64,000 nt of DNA from Macrostomum lignano (lineage: Eukaryota): NCBI GenBank assembly GCA_002269645.1, contig NIVC01000136.1, positions 444,520 to 508,519 on the forward strand, written 5' to 3'. The position numbers were made by a program, and so were the translations under genes. Within the stretch, counting starts at the first letter, position 1. Every line of letters starts with the position of its first letter. Of the stretch, positions 56,964 through 64,000 are shown piece by piece. The notes beneath the pieces were generated by a model that saw only the letters and a program-made list of their open reading frames with translations, had not been told where the DNA came from and searched no databases.

Positions 56964-58246
56964 ATGGCTTACGGATTCAATCCCAGACTTGATTTATTTA
57001 AGACGCCCGTTCTACAAACCTGCATTGAAAAAGCTACTTATGTTGATATTCACCCAGTTAATTCCATTGTTGCAAACTCTCCCATTGAATTTGACTGCCA
57101 CCAATCTGCCGATGAATACACAGATCTGCTGAATTCTTTTCTTTATATTCGCTGCCGCCTTGTGAGACTGGATGGGGGTTTGCTGAGGGAGGATGTTCGA
57201 GATGGAGATGGCATCATCACCGAGCGCAGAGACAGTGACGTGCACCCAGAAAATTTTGTTCTGTCTACAGCCTTCTCAGATGTAATTGTGAGCATTAACC
57301 AGCGAGTGGTGTCTGGTGGAGACCAGCTCTATCCCTACCATGCGTACTTCAAAGCACTAATGAGCTCATCCGATGCCCAGCAACTAAAACTTTACCCTGC
57401 TGGCTTCCTGGAGCCGAACTCGGCAGCTGAAGAGCACACGGAGAGCCACAGGGAATCCCAATGGATGGAGTATGCGGGGCCGCTCTTCAGCGATGTTTTC
57501 CAGTGCCCAGTGTTTCTGCTAAGCAATCTGCACCTGCACATCAAACTGGTCCCCAGCGATGGGGCCTTTGCCATCAGAACCCGAATGCAAACAACGCGGC
57601 ATACCGAATGGAAATCTCTCACAGCATTCTGCATCTTCGCCGAGTCAAAGTGATGCCCCACATCAGCCTGGCCCACGAGCAGGGGTTGACAAACCAAAAT
57701 GCACTGTATCCCATCGAGCGAACTGAAATGCAGAACTTCATCCTACCCCAGGGTATTCAGTCAAAAAACATTGAAGGATTCACTCATGGAAAATTGCCGA
57801 AGTTTATCATGCTGGCCTTCGTGAGCCACCGAGCATTCAACGGTCATCATCACGCGAGCCCGTTCCAGTTCCAGAGCTTCAACCTTAGCCGATTGGCTCT
57901 AAAGAAAGGTGGGGAAACCGTGTGCCACGGCGCCTTCACACCTGAAAACAATTCCTTTGTAAGAGAATACTTGCACTACCTGAAAAGCTGTCAATCTGCA
58001 AGCCACACAAACTCGGTTCCGTGGATCCCCTACCAGCTCTTCTCCAACAACAGCACGGTGTTTGCATTCGATCTCACACCCGAGGGAGCGGCTCTGTGGT
58101 ACGGACAGAAGGAGGGCAACCTGCGGCTGGAGATTCGCTTCCAACAGGCTCTGAATGAAGCGGTGTCCCTGATTGCTATGTGCCTGTATGACTCGCTGAT
58201 TGAGGTCACCAAGCACCGAGAGCTTTTGCTGGACTATTCATCTTAA
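56964..58246 (+). CDS. Polinton major capsid protein (double jelly-roll), one frameshift at about 57570-57590
   Basis: LDLFKTPVLQT..SPIEF..YTDLLNSFLY..LYPYHAY..GPLFSDVF..LHIKL, then in the other frame LHLRRVKV..YPIER..GKLPKFIMLAFV..FNG..PFQFQ..FAFDLTP..GNLRLEIRF. Combined about 427 aa. Confidence 0.85.
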
Positions 58247-58251
58247 TTGAC

Positions 58252-58710
58252 ATGGATGCAATTCAACTACTTAATCTCGCCAGAAAATTTTTGCCTTACC
58301 AAAAATTTCTCATAGTTACTTTACATTTGCGCTATAAAAATTCTCTGCCCTTGAATGTAAAAAGAAAATTTAGATCATCAATTTCCTTTGAAAACAAGTT
58401 TGTTTTTGTCCTACTTCAGCACAATGGCTCATTTGGTCACTGGGTGGTGTGCTATGTTGGGCAAGGAAATCGCATTGAGTTGTTCAACTCCCTCGGCTGG
58501 GAACCTGAAATTTTATCTTTGGTTTATAATTTGTTTCGAGAGATTAAAACAACTGGCTTTTGGCTCCGAAGCAATATAAACAGAGTTCAATGTGCTAACT
58601 CTAATAAATGCGGAGTGTTTTGCATCTATTTTGCTTATCAAAAGTTTCTGTTCAATCGGTCATTTGAGGGGATTTTGAAGCATTTGCATGCTAATGAAAA
58701 AATCATTTGA
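58252..58710 (+). CDS. Adenain-like (C5) cysteine maturation protease
   Basis: GHWV..IELFNSLG..VQCANSNKCGVFCIYF (His, Asp/Asn, Gln, Cys arrangement). Confidence 0.85.
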   Translation: MDAIQLLNLARKFLPYQKFLIVTLHLRYKNSLPLNVKRKFRSSISFENKFVFVLLQHNGSFGHWVVCYVGQGNRIELFNSLGWEPEILSLVYNLFREIKTTGFWLRSNINRVQCANSNKCGVFCIYFAYQKFLFNRSFEGILKHLHANEKII

Positions 58711-58753
58711 ATGATAGAATCTTACAGAGGTTTGAAGCCAACTTAAGAAAAAG

Positions 58754-59487
58754 ATGTCCGTGATTTCTAATATTTATGCATTAAACATGGGAGAAAAGCA
58801 AGTTTGCTACGATATCCGCCTCAGGCAGGGAAGCTGCATGATTGTCTGCGGGCCCACCAATGCAGGAAAAACAACCTTTGTCAAACACCTGATCCAGTAC
58901 AGAGACGTCATGTTTGATGTGAAGCCTGGCAGAGTTCTGTGGTACTATGGGATCTCACAGGCAGGCCATGCAGAACTGAGCAGCCTAGGTGTGCAGCTGC
59001 GCCAGGGATTTCCCACCAACATCGAGGCAGCACTTAGGCCCAATGACCTGGTTGTTTTCGATGACTTAATAGAGGAAACTTCAAACTCTGCTTCAATGCG
59101 AAATTTTTTCACAGGAATCGCACATCACTTGCCGTGCTTCTTGGTGATGCTGACTCAGAATATATTTTTCAAGGGAAAAGAGTCGCGAACAATGAGCTTG
59201 AATGTAATGTATTTAGCTATCTTGAAAAACCCCAGAGACCAGCTGCAGATTGCAGCACTGGGCAGGCAGTGCTTTACAGAGAAGCCCGGCTTTCTGCTGT
59301 CAGTGTTCAAGCACGTGACCGCGCAGGGCAGGGGAGCTACCTGTTCCTGGATTTTCACCCATCAACTCCCGATGAGCTGCGAGTGCGGGCCAGAATTTGC
59401 CCAACCAGCGACCCCATCTTGTATTTGCTTAAGAAAGTGAAGCTTGTTTTTATCAGCTATTGTTTTCATCGCTATGGAAGTGCTTGA
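58754..59487 (+). CDS. A32/FtsK-like genome-packaging ATPase (frameshift at about 59330)
   Basis: Walker A GPTNAGKT, Walker B LVVFDDL, LTQNIF, KNPRD. The C-terminal SYLFLDFHPSTPDELRVR is in the shifted frame. Confidence 0.9.
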
Positions 59488-59492
59488 TTCAC

Positions 59493-59811
59493 ATGCAAGT
59501 TTTTTGCGGTTCTTGCGTCACCTAAATATACCGTGCGCTTCAAGCGGCTGTTGATAAAAAATTGTCCAAAAGAAGTGCGTTATTTTCTTGTCGAGGCCTG
59601 CCATAATCTCTTACAAAACAATCTATCGTTTTCGCTCGATGAAAAAGCTGTTCTTGCAAAGTCAAAAGAGATAATTCGAAAAATTACTCACAAAAGAAGA
59701 AAGACAGACTTGTTGAAGGCTGGCTTCATCAAAATACTCCCGATTCTGCTTAAGCTGGTAAAGAAGAAGAAGCAAAATGAACAAATTTTCAGAAATGGTT
59801 CTGATTCCTAA
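59493..59811 (+). CDS. Conserved small basic Polinton protein of unknown function (probable 1-nt frameshift in the T-run at about 59500)
   Basis: EACHNLLQNN..LAKSKEIIRKI..LLKAGFIKILP pattern typical of Polinton small ORFs (recalled, not searched). Confidence 0.5.
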
Positions 59812-60370
59812 AGCAGAGTATGAGATGTTGATGCAGAATTTGAAGCCAAATGAGACTACCACTGAAGCTGACTTGAAGCAGGCTCAGAAGAAATGCGATG
59901 ACATCTTGTATGCCGAGGATTGTCCAGAAGATGTGAAAACCGCCATGTACCAAAGTGCAATGCAAAGTTTGCTGGCCAAGCGCAAGCACGCTGGAAAAGA
60001 AGGATCACGAAATACTGAAGCCAAGTTGATGAAAACAGAGACACCCCAGATGAACACCTGGGAAGAGAAGATCAGCAAGTCGGTGCCACAGAAATTCAAA
60101 ACCAGGGCTCGCAGTCTGTGGACGATCCTGTCCACCAATCCAGAGCTGATTCGAGTTTGTGAAAACGGGGAGGTGGAAATCGCAGGCACGTCAATCCCTT
60201 CCTCAAACATACTGGACTTGATTCAGCACGCAGTGAGGGATTCGCCATGTGAGCGTGAACCAGTTGGGTGGAACGAGTTCATCGATTTTCTGCAGCAGAA
60301 AAAGCTTAATGTTCCGCTTTCCGCTATTGGTAAATCAGTTAAGAAGAAAATGGCAACCAGCAGAGGGTGA
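59777..60370 (+). CDS. Conserved Polinton protein of unknown function
   Basis: EMVLIP N-terminus, GEVEIAGTSIPSSNILDLI..PVGWNEF..LNVPLSAI. Confidence 0.6.
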   Translation: MNKFSEMVLIPKAEYEMLMQNLKPNETTTEADLKQAQKKCDDILYAEDCPEDVKTAMYQSAMQSLLAKRKHAGKEGSRNTEAKLMKTETPQMNTWEEKISKSVPQKFKTRARSLWTILSTNPELIRVCENGEVEIAGTSIPSSNILDLIQHAVRDSPCEREPVGWNEFIDFLQQKKLNVPLSAIGKSVKKKMATSRG

Positions 60371-60496
60371 ACTGGAGAAAGAACAGGAGAGTCTAGTCAA
60401 GGGGTACGGGAGCAACACAGCCTGGCTGAAACTGCCTGCCAGAAAAGTATATAAGAAGGTGGACTGACTCCGAAATTTTCGAAGGAAAGCTGCATC

Positions 60497-60940
60497 ATGA
60501 ACTACATTGACTTCCAAGGATTCCGTGCAACAGCACAAGCAAAAAATTTGTTGTGAAGGAGTTGGCAGTTGTTCAAATCAGAGCGGGGAGCTACCGCATT
60601 GCTCACCATGTGTACGCACCTCCGTATCCATGGGAGAGAGTCTCACCTGACATGCGAGTTTACTACAGACAGCTATCTAAGAGTCTGCACCAGTTTAAGT
60701 GGAATGATGGAACCCGTCCGTACATGGAACTGGCGGAAGACATTCTGAGCATTGCCAGTGGTCCGATCTGGTCAAATGGGGAAAGGAAGTCGATTTTTCT
60801 GACTGAGCTGCTTGGAAGACAGGTTTATAACCTAGAAGATTTGGGAGCACCCTCGACTGAAGATTCAGATACTGGCTGTGCAGTGAGAAATTCGTTGCTG
60901 CACTACAGTTGGCTTAAGCCAAAGTTCTGCATCAACTTAA
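60497..60940 (+). CDS. Polinton accessory protein with a possible DEDD/RNase H-like exonuclease fold (frameshift in the A-run at about 60545); 3' end approximate
   Basis: MNYIDFQGF...(shift)FVVKELAV...APPYPW...HQFKWNDG...YNLEDLG...CAVRN. Confidence 0.45.
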
Positions 60941-61015
60941 GAAGCGAGCAGTGTCCGTGGCACACGAGCAGTAAAGTTGGCAGAAGCAGATTTGGTGAAG
61001 AAGTTGACGATCGAA

Positions 61016-61588
61016 ATGAGCCCACCAGCTACAGCCCTAAGAGTGACCAATCTGGTTGGCGGAGTAGATCTGAGACTGGATGGTGGCAGGGGCGCTCAGC
61101 TGCCTCTACGGGAACTGGCTCTCAGCATGGCTCATGTGATCTACCGGCCCGTCTGGCCCCGGGTGCTCATCAAGCGGATGCGAAGTCCCAGAGTGACTCT
61201 GCTACTCTACCCTACTGGGCAACTGAGCATCTGCGGTGCCAAGACCCACGCAGACGCCAAAAGGGCTGCCCGTCGCTTCGTGGCTATGCTGCATCGGAGA
61301 GTGCCGGCTCAACTGCTGCCTCATCAAACAATTTGTGTTCGAATTAAAACTATTACTGCTCATGGACAGCTCCCAGTTCATTCCGCACTTTCCTTATTAA
61401 TGTTAAAATCAATTATCCCAAACGCCGAATATGAACCAGAATCCTTTTCTGCTTTAATTTTCAATTTAAACTTTTGTAAATGTCTGCTTTTTCACAGCGG
61501 CTCTTTTGTTCTCAGTAGAGCTCGGTCCTTGAATCAGTTGCATACCGATAGCATGCGTCTACTCAATGTAGTTCTTTCCATTGAATAA
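61016..61588 (+). CDS. TATA-box-binding protein (TBP)-like protein, complete two-repeat core, 190 aa
   Basis: Repeat 1: VTNLVGGVDL..YRPVWPRVLIKRMRSPRVTLLLYPTGQLSICGAKTHADAKRAARRF, against TBP [56 protein letters not shown]. Repeat 2: IKTITAHGQL..YEPESFSALIF..CLLFHSGSFVLSRA, against YEPELFPGLIY..LLIFVSGKVVLTGA. AATAAA overlaps the stop. Confidence 0.88.
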   Translation: MSPPATALRVTNLVGGVDLRLDGGRGAQLPLRELALSMAHVIYRPVWPRVLIKRMRSPRVTLLLYPTGQLSICGAKTHADAKRAARRFVAMLHRRVPAQLLPHQTICVRIKTITAHGQLPVHSALSLLMLKSIIPNAEYEPESFSALIFNLNFCKCLLFHSGSFVLSRARSLNQLHTDSMRLLNVVLSIE

Positions 61589-62169
61589 AAATAAAAGTCA
61601 AGTCAAGCAATTTGCCGCAAATATTTCAATGATTAGTGAAAAGTGAATAAAAGGATAAACTTAGTATTCTTTACATTCATTTTCCCAGGCAGACAGCTAT
61701 GGAACACTTCAAAAACGTATTTAGCCCATCACCAAAAGTATCGCAAAACGCATATCAAATCCGAAAGTAAACAATACTACCATCGTTATAACAAACGATG
61801 TGCACCGAGAGAAGAGAAATAGAAAAGTGATAGAGAAAATATGATTAAAACGCTGATTGAATTTACAGGAACAATTTGTGTCAGATAAAAACCAAAAACA
61901 CATTTTAAACAAGTAGTACACAAAGCAAACAAAAATGAATTAATATTGTATGAGCGCACTTGCCACAGCTTTATAAAAAGTAAAACTTAAATTGATATCA
62001 ATATTTCACGCCGCAAAAACAAATTGACAGCTAAATCTAGCGCAATTAGCCAAGCATACAAATTTGTAAAAGTTACTACATGCAAGTCACTACATTTAAA
62101 ACAGAATTTGGCAATTTAAACAACTCTAAAAGCAAGAAAAAGTACTAAACAGTCTGTTAAACACCCGCA

Positions 62170-64000
62170 CTAGACCAGTCGGATGCGCTTCAGCTGATCG
62201 TGGGATGCGGGCGTCAGCGCATAGTGTCCGTAGGGCAGGCTTCGATTACTGCTAAGCCACACTCGCTTATCCTCCCACACCGATAGGCTTCTTTTCTCCA
62301 TGACCGACGTGAAGATTTCGTGTTTCTTGGAAACAATCGCTGTCATGGCAACCATCTGCTCTTGCTTGGACTCGAACGCGTCGACATAGTTCGCATGCGA
62401 AATTTGACTGCTTCACGCCTTTGGCAGTTTTCTTGATCTTTGCACTCGAATTCTCGGCAGGGAGAAACGAATAAAGTTTTGGACGCAAAAGAATCCACTC
62501 CTGGTAAATTCCACCAGCAGATTCATCTTTAACGCAGCCCAGCTTTCCTTTTAACTCTTCAGAGAAATGCGGATGGTCTCGAGAATAGTTGGATGTGTCA
62601 AGTATTTTTTCCTCTCTAAGCTTCGGGATTACCTCCGATGTTAAATCATGATTCTTGAAAGCTAGAAAAAATGAGTCAGTATCACCTCCGCAAAGCATCA
62701 TGTCTCTGGAACCGTCTGAATGACAGAACAGCGGTCGGAGCCTGTCATATAGTAGGCTGTACATGGCCATCTTAGAGAGATCGAGAACTGCCTGGCCAAC
62801 GAAAATTGCCTTGTCAAGCGTGACTTTATCTTTTTTGAGCTGAAAAATGCTCAACGACTCATTGATAATCGAGAATGCGGCACAGTTTGGTCGAGAGGCG
62901 CAAGTTTCTGCTTGAGTCTGGTTAGTGCAAATTCGAACATCGCATCTTTTTCGAACGTTTTCCATAGTTTTTCCAAAGAGAGAATTGTTTTTCAATTTGT
63001 AAAAATCCTTAGCAAACTCGGAAGTTGCCAAAGCTCTTTTTTCATTGTTGCTGGCAATGTACGGCGCGAAAATATTTTCCTGCTTGAACGAAATCATTTT
63101 TTTGACGCACTTGATCCGCATTCCGTGTTGCAGGTAAAATCTTAAAACGTGCTGTGAACTACGTAAGAATCCTTGTCGGTACAGGTGAGTAGAAGCTTCT
63201 CCGTTGCTTGAAACTTAGCTTCAGCATTGCCAGTTCGCTGTTCAGCAATCTCTTTCCATAGTTCGGCCATGTACGGCGAGAATTGATCTGGCTGTGGTTT
63301 TGATTTTTCAGGTGCAAACGGTAACTCCTGAGTCGAATCGTGAATCTCAGCTGGGTATTCTAGATCGAGTTGAACAAGGTAGGCGATCTCGGCTTCTGGA
63401 TTGAGTGACAGAAACCGATTTGAGTCCCAGAACTGGATTTCCTGTTCCGGTACCCACCTGAATTCCCTGCATGGAAGCGGAAGCGACACAGGCAAAGCCA
63501 TACAAGTGTTCATATCGATCGCATGAGGCTTACACTCTCTTGCTGCTATCATCATAACCTGGCAAGCTAGATTATTACCTTTGACGCAATGCACATTAAT
63601 GAAGGACATGCCTCCTCGTATTCCCTTCTCAACAGATGATACATGTCAGCATCAGTCAGCTGCTCTAGAACCACTCCAGTCGACTTTAGAGCTGAGTCGT
63701 AAGACAAACCAGGAGTAGTAAAGTATGTGTACCGGATCCAATCCGTCCTCTTTCAGACTGGCCTGTCGGAATGTCTCGAAAATGTCAGCCAGCTGCCTTA
63801 CATCCATTTCAAGATAGGCGAGCATATAATCCTTCAAACTTTTGCATTGAAATGCCGCCCATGCCGCTCTTGCTCTATGTAGTCGTCGTCGGAAATTCCC
63901 CTATCGGAAAGTCGATTAAAAAAAGCATCTTTAGGTGGCAAACCGACTGCTCGAGAATCTCAAATCCTGTGAGGTAATCATATGGAAAATCCCTTTTTTT
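62170..64000 (-). CDS. polB: Protein-primed family B DNA polymerase, C-terminal part, multiple frameshifts; 5' part outside the window
   Basis: KGDFPYD, YLEMDVRQLADIFETFR, IDMN(N)LYG (shifted), LDLEYP..HD..LPFAPE, KDFYKLKNNSLFGKTMENVRKR, GDTDSF, KDES, LRPKLY, KTAKGVK, WEDKR..LPYGHY*. Confidence 0.93.

Larger units (their letters stand above)
52588..64000 (+). mobile_element. Polinton/Maverick (virus-like self-synthesising transposon), left end and internal genes; continues beyond the window
   Basis: AGTAGTAG terminus at 52588 followed by a repeat-containing subterminal region. The canonical gene set is present: rve integrase, penton, major capsid, C5 protease, A32-like ATPase, pPolB. Confidence 0.93.

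Noticed and set aside
60940-61347. C-terminal extension of ORF 60553-61347 as a dual-coding overlap with the TBP-like gene
   Set aside because: Recognisable similarity stops near 60930. The extension is low-information and is best explained as read-through after a lost stop or indel.

Overview
Eukaryotic, repeat-rich genomic DNA with very short GT-AG introns. The intron sizes, satellite load and gene families suggest a free-living flatworm such as Macrostomum, but that is inference only. (1) 1-18840: the 3' part of a giant gel-forming-mucin-like gene. It has 17 exons and about 5,780 codons in the window, with 18 degenerate discoidin/F5-8C-like domains separated by Thr-rich tracts, plus VWC/TIL modules and a C-terminal cystine knot. 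(2) 19.6-26.5 kb: two minisatellites, a WSC+PAN secreted-protein gene with a 1-nt frameshift, a MITE and a decayed M13-peptidase fragment. (3) 26.6-31.1 kb: an internally deleted, frameshifted Ty3/Gypsy element abutting a SAP-domain/DIRS-like ORF1 remnant. (4) 31.1-50.6 kb: 23-bp satellite arrays flanking a 3-exon fibrinogen-related gene with an unrecognised duplicated N-terminal domain and a 42-bp array. An intact 5.4-kb APE-RT-RNase H non-LTR element (LOA/I-like, TAATG-coupled ORFs) is inserted in the satellite. (5) 52.6-64 kb: the left part of a Polinton/Maverick, with AGTAGT terminus, integrase, penton, major capsid, adenain protease, packaging ATPase and pPolB. It also encodes a complete two-lobed TATA-binding-protein (TBP) fold and a PC4-like protein. 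This virus-encoded basal-transcription pair is the most notable signal in the window.
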